Assembly (NCBI GenBank): GCA_002746885.1
Contig: PDRS01000008.1
Coordinates: forward strand, 3,376-67,375
From: Candidatus Saccharimonadota bacterium
Lineage (GTDB): Bacteria > Patescibacteriota > Saccharimonadia > Saccharimonadales > UBA4665
Length of the DNA: 64,000 nt
Direction of reading: 5' to 3'
Below are positions 27,901-37,454 of this stretch, piece after piece (position 1 is the stretch's first letter; each line of letters starts with the position of its first letter). A model generated the notes under the pieces. It worked only from the letters and a program-made list of their open reading frames with translations. It was not told where the DNA came from and ran no database searches. A program made the translations under genes and the position numbers.

Positions 27901-29524
27901 ACTGTTTTTTCTTGATGGCGGTCCAGGTTTTGTTTTGGCGGACAAGTTTCGCGGTGTCGGCAGGGTGAGCAAGCAGCGGCTTTAATGACTCTTCGGCAAA
28001 AACGCCGTTTTGCGAGCCTTTTGCCAGAACAACTGCGCCCGTTTTTAGATGCTTGCGTACATATTCGCCGGCAGCGGCAGGACTTGCAAAACTATGCACG
28101 ACGCAGCCGTGCGCTTTGGCGGCAGGAGCAAGCCAACGTCGAGCATCGACACCTATGGTCGCAATCATATCGAGCTTTGCTGCGTCACAGTATGCACCAA
28201 CCTCAATGTGAGCTGCCTTGGCAGAGTCGCCCAGCTCGTTCATGCTCCCTAAAATAGCTATTCGCTGTTTGGTGCGCGCCGCGTAAAGAACATCGAGTGC
28301 TGCTTTGGTCGCGACCGGCGAAGCGTTGTAGGTGTCATCTATGAGTTTACTGTCCTTTACGCCTTCCAGAACTTGCATGCGACCGGCAACGGGCGCGAGT
28401 GTGCCGAGCGCTTCTTTAATAGCCACGCGGTCTACATTGATCATATCTGCCACTGCAGCGGCGGCCAGCGCAGCCGACGCACCCTGCTCTCCGAGATACT
28501 GTATGTGCGCAGTAATATTGCCAGACGGCAACTCGAGACGAAGGCGTTGACCCGCCAAGCCGGCACGCGAACGCGCAGCGTAGTAGTTGTCTGCGAGATT
28601 CGTGGTTAGGCTGTAGGTCGCATAGTGTTGACCTATCAAATATTTGCCAGGTACGGTGTCGGCGTTTACCAGCACCTGTTTACTGTAGGCAAACACTTTT
28701 GTTTCTTCAGCCGCAACGTTGTCGAGCGAGCCAAAAAACGCCATATGCTCTGGCGCTATGGCTGTGAGCACTGTAATGTCAGGATGCAGATACGCAAACT
28801 GCCGCATTTGCCCTGGGCCGTCAGTTCCCAGCTCCACGACAACAACATCGTAAGGATACGGCTGGCTGACCATGGCTGCGTTTTCGCCAAAAACCCTCAT
28901 CCAAGCAAATGGATTCCATATGCTCGGCTGGTTCTGACCGAAAAAGATAAGCGGCACCGTCACGCGGTCGTTGTAATTGCCCGCCTGGTACCGTACGCGG
29001 ACATTCTGACCCAGCAGCTCAGCAATAGCATATTTCGTCGAGGTTTTTCCGACCGAACCAGCCACCGCAATCACCTGAAAATGATGCCGCCGACGTAGTT
29101 TTCGAACTTGCGACTCAAGTATACGGCCAACTACTGCCTTACCAGTCCGTTTCGGGTTGAGTAGGTAGCTGGTTGCCCGCCACAAACCAAGCCAGGCGGC
29201 AAAGCCATAGCCAGTTACGAGCGGATACGCAAAAAGAAGCGCAAGACCAAACGACCAAGCGCCCGTCGTGCCGTGCGCAAGCCAATCGGTGATAAGCCAT
29301 ACGCCAGCCGTTATTTGCGCGAGCATCGCAAACAGCAGCGCACTAACAATAGCCACATCGCGCAAAGCGAGCTGGCTGTGTACGCGGTATGTTTTTGTCT
29401 GAGAGAACCAGGCGAGATACTCGCCAAGTGTGTTATCGTGCAGACGCAACGCTTTGACGAGTTCTTTCGACAGGCGCAGACTGTACAGATTTTTTGCTCG
29501 GCGGAGTGTGTTTGGTAGTTTCAT
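27887..29524 (-). CDS. murF: UDP-MurNAc-tripeptide--D-Ala-D-Ala ligase (MurF-type Mur ligase) with N-terminal membrane segment
   Basis: AVAGSVGKTSTK is the P-loop, DVVVVELGTDGPG follows, and the C-terminal domain has LGSMNELG. The gene is convergent with, and overlaps, ddl. Confidence 0.8.
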   Translation of the reverse strand: MKLPNTLRRAKNLYSLRLSKELVKALRLHDNTLGEYLAWFSQTKTYRVHSQLALRDVAIVSALLFAMLAQITAGVWLITDWLAHGTTGAWSFGLALLFAYPLVTGYGFAAWLGLWRATSYLLNPKRTGKAVVGRILESQVRKLRRRHHFQVIAVAGSVGKTSTKYAIAELLGQNVRVRYQAGNYNDRVTVPLIFFGQNQPSIWNPFAWMRVFGENAAMVSQPYPYDVVVVELGTDGPGQMRQFAYLHPDITVLTAIAPEHMAFFGSLDNVAAEETKVFAYSKQVLVNADTVPGKYLIGQHYATYSLTTNLADNYYAARSRAGLAGQRLRLELPSGNITAHIQYLGEQGASAALAAAAVADMINVDRVAIKEALGTLAPVAGRMQVLEGVKDSKLIDDTYNASPVATKAALDVLYAARTKQRIAILGSMNELGDSAKAAHIEVGAYCDAAKLDMIATIGVDARRWLAPAAKAHGCVVHSFASPAAAGEYVRKHLKTGAVVLAKGSQNGVFAEESLKPLLAHPADTAKLVRQNKTWTAIKKKQFTDD

Positions 29525-29874
29525 GCAAGCCTCCTGCCGGCATGCGTACTATTGCATGACCCTCGTTCGTAACATGCACACATACCACCGCTCAACCCAT
29601 TACCCATAACACCCCTCTCACACCGCTTATGTTGTTATACGACCAGTATACGCTGTTTTTAAGCACAAGGGAAAGCAAAACGGAGATGGCTTGGCGAGCT
29701 CGGCTCGGCAGCGGCATAGCTGCAAGTGTGCCAGTAGCGAGATGACGAATGTGCGGTAGAATGAGTGCGGTGGAATGAGTGGAAAAATGGCAGTCTATGC
29801 TATACACTGTTTCTGTTCCAATACAGCCGTTGCGGGTACTTTGAGCACTTCAGGCGCTTTGGGCGGCAGGTTGC

Positions 29875-29951
29875 GGGGCTATAGCTCAGTTGGCTAGAGC
29901 GCTTCGCTGGCAGCGAAGAGGTCAGGAGTTCGAGTCTCCTTAGCTCCACCA
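29875..29951 (+). tRNA. tRNA-Ala (anticodon GGC)
   Basis: GGGGCTATAGCTCAGTTGGCTAGAGCGCTTCGCTGGCAGCGAAGAGGTCAGGAGTTCGAGTCTCCTTAGCTCCACCA. The G3:U70 identity pair is present and CCA is encoded. Confidence 0.9.
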
Positions 29952-30009
29952 TTTTTTGACAAAATACAGGCGTGCTTTTTGGCGAGGCAACTTGTTATTC
30001 TGATTTGTA

Positions 30010-30735
30010 TTACGAGCCGCTTTTTGCCCGGTACTTATTCGCCAAATATGGCATGACGAGCAAACCGTTGATATCTAGAATGGCGTGAACAGCCATAGGC
30101 AGCAAGATGGTGCCGCTCGCCATGTAGACTTTGAAGAACACCCAGCCAACGACAGCCGTCAGCAGCACAGCCCTCCAGCCAGCGTAGATGTGCTCAAACC
30201 CGAATATAACAATACTTATCGTGACAGCAAGCACCGCGTCTCCCGTGATGAGGAACAATAGTCCCGGCAAAAGCGCACGGAAGAACAGTTCTTCTGTGAT
30301 GCCAGCCGTAACCGACATGCCAGCCGCTAACCAGCGCTCCTTTCGGTTCGTCGGCACGAGTAGTTCTTGTGGTGCTTCGGCGCGTTTTTTCACCCCGCGA
30401 CGAAATCTAAAGGTAACAATACCGATTGCCAATAGCACGCCGATGACTAAGCCAGTTATGACGCCTTGGACATGGTCGGCATCACCCTCGAACGTTTGAG
30501 AGTCGATAAACTCAGCGTGCATAACTGGCTCGACCAAATACTGCGGTGCATCTGCGGCCAGTAAAAAGACGACCGCTGGGACGGCAAAGATCAGCCACGA
30601 TTGCGCAATCCAGCGCCGATACAGCCGCACACGATCCTTGGTTTTGCGAGCCTGTGCATAGTCCTTGATACCGCTGAGCGCAGAATATGCCGCAATGGCT
30701 AATGTGATTACGAGTAAAATGATGTACATCAACAC
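30010..30735 (-). CDS. CPBP-family intramembrane glutamic protease (CAAX/Abi)
   Basis: Motifs EELFFRALLPG, FGFEH and HAILD in a polytopic membrane protein. AAGGAGG SD upstream. Confidence 0.8.
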   Translation of the reverse strand: MLMYIILLVITLAIAAYSALSGIKDYAQARKTKDRVRLYRRWIAQSWLIFAVPAVVFLLAADAPQYLVEPVMHAEFIDSQTFEGDADHVQGVITGLVIGVLLAIGIVTFRFRRGVKKRAEAPQELLVPTNRKERWLAAGMSVTAGITEELFFRALLPGLLFLITGDAVLAVTISIVIFGFEHIYAGWRAVLLTAVVGWVFFKVYMASGTILLPMAVHAILDINGLLVMPYLANKYRAKSGS

Positions 30736-31044
30736 AGATAACCTCCTTAGCGCCTAATTTTCATAGTCTATTATCTCCAAAGTTCTGGAATGCGCAAAGC
30801 CATACTGCACGTTTTAAATCTACGTCGCTTATGAAGTTTTAAATACCGCTCTGGGCGGTTGGCGTGGTCAGTGATGCGCAACTTCGCAACTACGCGTTGC
30901 GTTTGAAGCTGTGCGCATGGCTTGCGTGGTACAATGAAGAATTGAAAAGCTGTTCTCTCATTTCGCCGACGGCATAGGTGATTGACCGTGCTATAGGGCG
31001 ACGATGCAACGAGCGTAATAAAGTTGCTACAGATAGGAGAGTAG

Positions 31045-31470
31045 ATGAACATAGCAGACTTTGTAACGAGATTTACCTATCCAGCTGTCTATGACTATTC
31101 GCTATCTGCCAATGGTCGCGGTTTTGTTGTGCCGGGCCAGCCGCCGGCAGCTTCGCTAAGCCCAGATGAGCCTGTTCGCTATATTGCATTACTCAAATCT
31201 GAAGAAGGTCAGCCACGCGGCAATCACGTCCATCGCACCAAGGTCGAGACAATAATCGTTCTTTCTGGATCACTCAAATGTGAGTTTCGCCTGAGTGAAG
31301 ACGAAAACGTTCGGGACGAATTTGTACTAAGAGCAGGAGATGCGGTTCGTGTTTTACCTGGTTGTATACATACGTACACTGCTATTGGCGGCGGCGCTAA
31401 CGCAATCGAACTAAGCCCACAGGCGCTTGATTTGACCGATCAGATCAATATGGGCAAATCTCAGAGCTAA
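31045..31470 (+). CDS. cupin-fold protein (WxcM/FdtA-like sugar-nucleotide isomerase candidate)
   Basis: AGGAGAG SD upstream. Cupin motifs are GNHVHRTKVETIIVLSG and VRVLPGCIHTYTA. The specific function is inferred only. Confidence 0.55.
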   Translation: MNIADFVTRFTYPAVYDYSLSANGRGFVVPGQPPAASLSPDEPVRYIALLKSEEGQPRGNHVHRTKVETIIVLSGSLKCEFRLSEDENVRDEFVLRAGDAVRVLPGCIHTYTAIGGGANAIELSPQALDLTDQINMGKSQS

Positions 31471-31492
31471 CTGGATTTTATATAGTTGGCGA

Positions 31493-31756
31493 TCAGTTTG
31501 CCGATAGCATTTTATATTTAGGACGAGATATGCTGAACTTTTCTAGACTATCTTGAATGTCGGCAACAACTTGGCTACATGCTGGGTTAAGGGGTTGGTT
31601 TGTTTTGGTTAGTTTTTTGTTTAGACCTTGATGGATAATTCTGTCGTCATGCTGCGGCGTCCAGATGACGGTTTTAACAGCTCGCAGACAACCGCCCAGG
31701 GTGCGAGTGAAGGTTTGTTTGGTCGAGGTTTTAAATCTATAAAAGGTCTTTGACAT
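31493..31756 (-). CDS. hypothetical protein (87 aa)
   Basis: The only ORF in an AT-rich gap. No family is recognised and coding status is uncertain. Confidence 0.25.
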   Translation of the reverse strand: MSKTFYRFKTSTKQTFTRTLGGCLRAVKTVIWTPQHDDRIIHQGLNKKLTKTNQPLNPACSQVVADIQDSLEKFSISRPKYKMLSAN

Positions 31757-31924
31757 GAGAACAAATATTCTACATAGGCTAGCTGTAGTGCTATTGTAGC
31801 ATAGTGATAGATAAGTTGATCAGGACTGCCTTCTGGGCGCGATCAAAGTGATACAATATCATAGACAATTCTTCAGCGGACTACAGGCGCAAGAACTCTG
31901 AGATGTCCGTGAGGTAGAAGGAGG

Positions 31925-32902
31925 TTGTCGGTGCAGGACTCTGAAATTCGTTGGGGAATTCTGGGAGGCGGCAAAGTCGTCGAATCTAAGAGCGGCCCCT
32001 GTTTCAATATCCCCGGCAGGAGTCGGGTCGCGGCAGTATGTCGCCGAGACGCGGAGAACGCCTCGGCTACTGCGGAACGTCTTGGGGCCAACCTTGTGCT
32101 TAATCAGCTCGAGGACATGGTGGAGAGCGATGAAGTTCAAGCAGTATATATAGCCACTCCACCTGGTCTACACCACTCTCAAGCAATGGTCTGCCTGAAC
32201 GCTCGAAAACCGGTATACATCGAAAAGCCATTTACCACAAGCGCGGCGCAAGCAGAAGAGCTCGTGCGCAACTTCGCCGAGGTGGGCATTCCTCTTTTTG
32301 TTGCGCATTATCGGCGGGCCCTTCCTAAGTTCCGTGAAATCAAGTCTTTGATTGAGACTCAGATCGGTCAACCGCTCGAATTCTCGTTTCGTCTCAAACG
32401 ACGTCTTCAAAATGACGTAGCTCACCCATGGATGTACGATCGCGAGCTTTCTGGCGGCGGGAAGTTCTTCGACATAGCTCCGCATTGCGTTGATCTTCTT
32501 CTGTTTCTTTTTGGAGACGTCGATCAGATGTCAGCTGAAGCGAAACACTGGAAGGCGCCGCAAGGAAGCGAAGACTGTGTCACTTTGAATTTTCGTTTCA
32601 AATCGGGGGTGTTGGGTACGGCTAACTTCAATTTTCTCGCTTGGGACAAAGAGGATCGAATGAGCGTTCATGGCGAGAAAGGAATATTGGAGTTCAGTGT
32701 CCACGGAAATGAGCCATCGACACTCAGACTACCGGACGGAAAAGTGCGACAGTTCTTTCATACGGTCCCCGAACTTATTGAAGGACCTATGATCGAAGAA
32801 GTCGTGGCCTTCCTTCGCGGAGAAGAAGGGAAACCCTGCATGGGTCAAGACGCAGTTCCAGTAATTGAGCTTATAGAATCGGCGGCAAGGTCATTACATT
32901 AG
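31925..32902 (+). CDS. Gfo/Idh/MocA-family NAD(P)-dependent oxidoreductase
   Basis: IRWGILGGGKVVE is the N-terminal Rossmann motif, with YIATPPGLHH and YIEKPF also present. The GAAGGAGG SD favours the GTG at 31931 as the true start. Confidence 0.8.
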   Translation: MSVQDSEIRWGILGGGKVVESKSGPCFNIPGRSRVAAVCRRDAENASATAERLGANLVLNQLEDMVESDEVQAVYIATPPGLHHSQAMVCLNARKPVYIEKPFTTSAAQAEELVRNFAEVGIPLFVAHYRRALPKFREIKSLIETQIGQPLEFSFRLKRRLQNDVAHPWMYDRELSGGGKFFDIAPHCVDLLLFLFGDVDQMSAEAKHWKAPQGSEDCVTLNFRFKSGVLGTANFNFLAWDKEDRMSVHGEKGILEFSVHGNEPSTLRLPDGKVRQFFHTVPELIEGPMIEEVVAFLRGEEGKPCMGQDAVPVIELIESAARSLH

Positions 32903-33119
32903 CGGTCGTGTCTATCGTGAGCAGGATGGCTTGACAAATGTGGGCTCTGGACGACTATCGCTAGTCTGATGTATGAGGCGGTACCGATCTCGATTTCTCT
33001 GGGTAGATAGGTGCCTGGGAAAGCATACAGCGTACACTCAACGCTGGCGTGACTGGCGGGATCAATATGAACGCCATACTATTGCCAAAAAACATCTCCC
33101 AAGTTTTCACTCCAGAAAA

Positions 33120-33142
33120 GCGTGAAAGGACAGTCCTCGCAC
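33120..33142 (+). repeat. 23-bp repeat, left copy (GCGTGAAAGGACAGTCCTCGCAC)
   Basis: Its exact reverse complement recurs at 36580-36602. The core AGGAC-A-GTCCT is palindromic. Confidence 0.9.
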
Positions 33143-33362
33143 AAAATGTATGCGTGAGATTATCTGGCGGGCGCTGTACTTCACGCTCACGGGCTCTCGA
33201 ATACTGGCTCTTGGCGCTTCTCGGCTGCACCCCGCCCTCTTCTCTTCTGAGGGCATAGGCTTACCGTAGCTGCATGTGTAGAAGCAGGAAAACTGGACTT
33301 GTGCGCTAAGCATACGTTATTATTGCGTAGGAATACTATGTAGCTGAAAGGATTTAGCAATC

Positions 33363-33770
33363 ATGAAAAAGCCCGTAAAGATAATTTTGATCGTCGTCGC
33401 CGCTCTCTTTGGGTTAATGATCATTGGCGGACTTATCGCTATGATGACAACTGGCAAAGAGCAACGGCTGAGCAAAGATTTCGTAAATTACATCAAAAAT
33501 GAAGACTATAGCGCAGCTTATGATATGTTCCATGAGGGACTCCAAAAAGTTATGTCAAAAGACTCTCTGGCGTACCGATCTGAGAGCTTAGAGATGTCTA
33601 GCGATTGCAAACTCAAAATTACTGGCGTATCTAGTAAAGTATCTACCGAACAATCTCGAAAGAGCGTCAAAGGAAAAATCACCTGCCCCGATGACAAGTC
33701 ATACACATTTAAGGCAAGTTTTGTCGGCGAAGGTAAAATCATCAGCTTTTCGATAAAACCTCGTCTGTAA
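33363..33770 (+). CDS. hypothetical membrane-anchored protein
   Basis: GAAAGGA SD upstream. N-terminal TM anchor is MKKPVKIILIVVAALFGLMIIGGLIAMM, followed by a ~100-aa soluble domain. Confidence 0.6.
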   Translation: MKKPVKIILIVVAALFGLMIIGGLIAMMTTGKEQRLSKDFVNYIKNEDYSAAYDMFHEGLQKVMSKDSLAYRSESLEMSSDCKLKITGVSSKVSTEQSRKSVKGKITCPDDKSYTFKASFVGEGKIISFSIKPRL

Positions 33771-33922
33771 AAACGGGTTTTGATAAACAATTTTTAGCGA
33801 GCAATCTGGCAACCCGATCTGGCAAAAGATCGTTCTCGCGCAGTAAAGATGCTAAGCTGCGGGGATGTTGCTTGGTACAACCATATTGCAAGCTGCGCTT
33901 GTGGTTGCTATAGTGTGACACT

Positions 33923-34684
33923 ATGGCGCATGAGAATGAGAATGAGCATGAGCATGAGAGTACTTGCATCCTCATAGAACATTTCTCTATTGGCTTTGGG
34001 TCGACGCGGGTGATTGATGACTTATCATTCACCGTCAAAAAAGGCGAAACTTTTGGTCTACTCGGCAGTAACGGCTCAGGCAAAACGACGACACTACGTT
34101 CACTCCTCGGCATCTATCAGCCAGATGCTGGTACGCTGCATATCGATGGTCGACCATTTAATGTTTCGGGCGGCGTCAAGCTGGGTTATTTACCCGAAGA
34201 GCGCGGCCTCTACAAAAAAGAACGCGTCATCGACACCATGGTCTATTTTGGTCAGCTCAAAGGCCTCACGAAGGCCGACGCTCGCCAGCGCGCCATGGAT
34301 TATCTCGAACGGGTTGACCTCGCAGACAAAGCCAACATCAAGTTGCACAAACTATCCAGCGGCCAGCAGCAGAAAGTTCAGTTGGGCGTGACTATCATCG
34401 ACGATCCAGAACTACTCATCCTCGACGAACCAACCAAAGGCTTCGATCCAGTCAATCGCCGCCTGCTTATGAACATCATCGAAGAACACCAGCAAAAAGG
34501 CGCAACCGTCGTTTTCGTGACGCACCAAATGGAAGAAGTTGAGCAGCTATGCGACCGAATTATTTTACTCAAAAACGGCCACGCCGCCGCGTATGGCACG
34601 GTGGCCGACGTCAAAAAAGCCCATGGCGGCAAAAGCCTCGATGATATTTTTGTTGATATTTATGGAGCAAAGGACGAGTCGTAA
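33923..34684 (+). CDS. ABC transporter ATP-binding protein (ABC-2 type)
   Basis: Walker A is GSNGSGKTT, the signature is LSSGQQQKV and Walker B is LLILDEP. An unusual His/Glu-rich N-terminus is present (MAHENENEHEHES). Confidence 0.9.
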   Translation: MAHENENEHEHESTCILIEHFSIGFGSTRVIDDLSFTVKKGETFGLLGSNGSGKTTTLRSLLGIYQPDAGTLHIDGRPFNVSGGVKLGYLPEERGLYKKERVIDTMVYFGQLKGLTKADARQRAMDYLERVDLADKANIKLHKLSSGQQQKVQLGVTIIDDPELLILDEPTKGFDPVNRRLLMNIIEEHQQKGATVVFVTHQMEEVEQLCDRIILLKNGHAAAYGTVADVKKAHGGKSLDDIFVDIYGAKDES

Positions 34685-35889
34685 TGTACAATTTCAGAAC
34701 AGTTTTTTGGTTTGAAGTAGCCCGCACACTCAAGAAAAAATCGTTCTGGATAATAAGCTTGTTAGTGCCATTTGCCGCTGCTGCGGTGGTTGGCATTATC
34801 TTTTTTTCAAACAAAACAACCACAGCGGCGCTCGAGGAAATCACCAATGAAACACTGAGCATAGCCGTCAATGATCAGCCTGGCATTATAGACACTGGAT
34901 TGGTTAAAACCTTTGGTGGTCGCATGACAGACGATCACCAGCGTTCAATCAACGATGTCAAGGCCGGTACACTCGACGCCTACATTTATTACCCGAAAAA
35001 CATCGCCACCGAACAAGTAGAGGTCTACGCTAAAGACGCTGGCCTTTTCGATAACAGCAAATATTCGTCAATTGCAACGCGTCTTCTAGAGCAATCGGTT
35101 GCCAGCAAAGTGCCGGTCAATGAGGCCGCTGTATTGCAGGGTACGGTCCGTTTCGATGTGACAACATACCGAGATGGAGCTGCCTCAAACCCAAAGCTGG
35201 ACATAATCGCGCCTGGGTTATTCTTAGTACTGTTCTACTTTTTGATCGCGTTTTTTGGTAACCAAATGCTCACCAGTACAACCGAAGAAAAAGAAAACCG
35301 CGTCATCGAAATGATACTGACAACTGTGCGCGCCAAAACGCTGATCGTCGGCAAAATATTTTCACTGGTAGTGTTGGGGCTACTACAGACTATCATTATT
35401 GTGTTGCCGATTGCGGTCGGTTATTTTCTGGTGCGCGAACGGTTGTCGCTACCAAACTTTGATTTATCAGCGTTACCATTTGATCCGGCGCGGATCGCTA
35501 TCGGCGCCGCGATTTTGGCGACGAGTTTCGTGCTATTCACCGGTTTGCTTGTCGCTATCGGTGCAGCGGTACCGACCGCCAAAGAGGCCGGCGGATTCTT
35601 TGGAACTATCATGCTGTTGATATTCGGTCCGCTCTACGCCGCACCGTTGTTTGTCAGTTCGCCCGACACGACGTTTGTACAAGTGCTGAGTTATTTCCCC
35701 CTCACAGCACCGATCCCGCTCCTACTCAGAAACGCAGTCGGTAATCTCGAATATTGGCAGGCCGGTCTCGCCATCGCCATACTGATCGTGACAGCAATCA
35801 TTGTTTTCAATATTGCCGTGCGAATATTCCGCTATGGTGCACTCGAATACAGCCGCAAACTGTCGTTGCGCGAAATTTTTCAGGGCTAG
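34684..35889 (+). CDS. ABC-2 type transporter permease (NatB-like)
   Basis: It overlaps the ATPase stop (TAATG). It has an N-terminal TM segment, a large extracytoplasmic loop and then 5 C-terminal TM segments. Confidence 0.8.
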   Translation: MYNFRTVFWFEVARTLKKKSFWIISLLVPFAAAAVVGIIFFSNKTTTAALEEITNETLSIAVNDQPGIIDTGLVKTFGGRMTDDHQRSINDVKAGTLDAYIYYPKNIATEQVEVYAKDAGLFDNSKYSSIATRLLEQSVASKVPVNEAAVLQGTVRFDVTTYRDGAASNPKLDIIAPGLFLVLFYFLIAFFGNQMLTSTTEEKENRVIEMILTTVRAKTLIVGKIFSLVVLGLLQTIIIVLPIAVGYFLVRERLSLPNFDLSALPFDPARIAIGAAILATSFVLFTGLLVAIGAAVPTAKEAGGFFGTIMLLIFGPLYAAPLFVSSPDTTFVQVLSYFPLTAPIPLLLRNAVGNLEYWQAGLAIAILIVTAIIVFNIAVRIFRYGALEYSRKLSLREIFQG

Positions 35890-36238
35890 AGTCGTGTGAC
35901 ATGGGTATACATACGCTCATTATCAACGAGCGCGCACCCCGTGGAGTCAATCGAGTTTTGCGCCAGTTTCTCAGAAAGCATCTAATCTAGAATTCATTCG
36001 AAAGGCATTCAGATTTCCGGCACCGAGACTTGGGCAGCTTTCAGCGTCGAACTCACTTTGCAGTATTTGTGCTTTAACCGAGTAGCACGGATAAGTGCTT
36101 ACCTTTCTCGATACTGAGCAGAAGTAGCCTGACATTCAGGACGCAGCAAAAACGTTTGCCGAGTGCTCGCTGCTTCGTTCGCCAGTGGAATACTCTAATA
36201 ATTTTACCGAGACGCCGCATAAATGGCTAGTGCGCATG

Positions 36239-36529
36239 CTAATAAAACGCGAGGGGGTTGACGATGATAAGTCTGATTATCGCAAAAACTGCCAACCCGA
36301 CAAAAATGAAGTTAAGTACCGCGGGTTGGCGATCGCGTTTGTGCCACGCCTCAAACGCAATACAAAACGAACCGAGCAGCGCCATGCCGTGATAGGCAAA
36401 TGATTGCCCGGCAATAACGCCTGCCGACAGCAAGGTATAGTTACCTAACAGCAAAAGCACGCCGTACCAGCCAATGTAGTCTATCGCAAACCAATGCTCT
36501 GCTTGTTTTTGTTTTGTCGTTTTTTTCAT
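36239..36529 (-). CDS. small membrane protein (3 predicted TM)
   Basis: 96-aa ORF, MKKTTKQKQAEHWFAIDYIGWYGVLLLLGNYTL.... A TATAAT box lies 9 nt upstream of the ATG. Confidence 0.55.
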   Translation of the reverse strand: MKKTTKQKQAEHWFAIDYIGWYGVLLLLGNYTLLSAGVIAGQSFAYHGMALLGSFCIAFEAWHKRDRQPAVLNFIFVGLAVFAIIRLIIVNPLAFY

Positions 36530-36579
36530 GCGGTTTTCATTATATCATGATACTTAACGATTTTTCTCTTACTCCTCCC

Positions 36580-36602
36580 GTGCGAGGACTGTCCTTTCAC
36601 GC
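36580..36602 (-). repeat. 23-bp repeat, right copy (inverted)
   Basis: The plus strand reads GTGCGAGGACTGTCCTTTCACGC, the exact reverse complement of 33120-33142. Confidence 0.9.
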
Positions 36603-36711
36603 GGTTTTTGTTGTGTTAGATGGTTTGTGGAGCGAGGTTTGGAGGGCGGGCAGCGTGCTATACTTTCTTGAGAGCATGAGATGTATCTCATCGCAAGGCA
36701 TTGCTATTGCT

Positions 36712-37182
36712 ATGGATAGACAACCGCACTATATCGAAACTGTGCAGAGCATCGTACGAAGCGCCAAGGAGCTTCACCTTGCCATGACAAATCAGGGTGA
36801 GGTGTCTGTGAATTATGCTTGTATATTTGCGCAAAACAAGGAAGAATTTGACACCTTCGAAGCAGCACTGCAGTCATCAGGGAAAGTCATCCAGAAAACA
36901 AAATCAGGTCCCGTTTTTGCGGTGCCTCCTTTTCCGACCGCGGCTGGTCCGCTAAAAATCGTCAAGATTCGTCGACCCGACCCAAGCCGCCCCGAACGCG
37001 GCGATGCCGATTTCACCCTTCTGAACTACAGTGAATTTAAGGATGCGCACTTGGGACACCCTGGGTGGAAACTCATAGAACGCCCCGATATGGAGATGCT
37101 CGAGCTGGCGCACCCGCGCTATGATGTCCTCGTCTACTATTCGCATCCGACCCTAGCCGAAGTTCTCGGAGTCAAACCGTAA
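36712..37182 (+). CDS. hypothetical protein
   Basis: The ORF track gives 36514-37182. The start was trimmed to MDRQPHYIETV because the upstream part is hydrophobic and low-complexity and overlaps the neighbouring gene. No family is recognised. Confidence 0.45.
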   Translation: MDRQPHYIETVQSIVRSAKELHLAMTNQGEVSVNYACIFAQNKEEFDTFEAALQSSGKVIQKTKSGPVFAVPPFPTAAGPLKIVKIRRPDPSRPERGDADFTLLNYSEFKDAHLGHPGWKLIERPDMEMLELAHPRYDVLVYYSHPTLAEVLGVKP

Positions 37183-37454
37183 AAACGCTCGCGAAACTGA
37201 TTAGCACGCCTAACCCAGGCAAACCCCACGAGATTAGGCAGTGTTCATCGCGACCGAAGCAAGCATAGCACCAACCCAATGCCGTTCTTGCGATATGCTA
37301 TCAACACGGCAAACGAAAACACAATATTTTTGGTTTTAGTGGCAATTTACGCCAGCAGCATGTATGATACATTACATAACCATTAAGTATGGCGTGCGCG
37401 ACGCATGTCTCACCAGACAAGATGAAGGCCTTGATCTGGGAAGGAGGGGAGCAC

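Noticed and set aside
29751-29782. The tandem 14-nt direct repeat GTGCGGTRGAATGA occurs twice, plus a partial third copy, upstream of tRNA-Ala.
   Set aside because: It has only two copies, no spacer architecture (so it is not CRISPR), and sits within a promoter-like region. It is too short to interpret.
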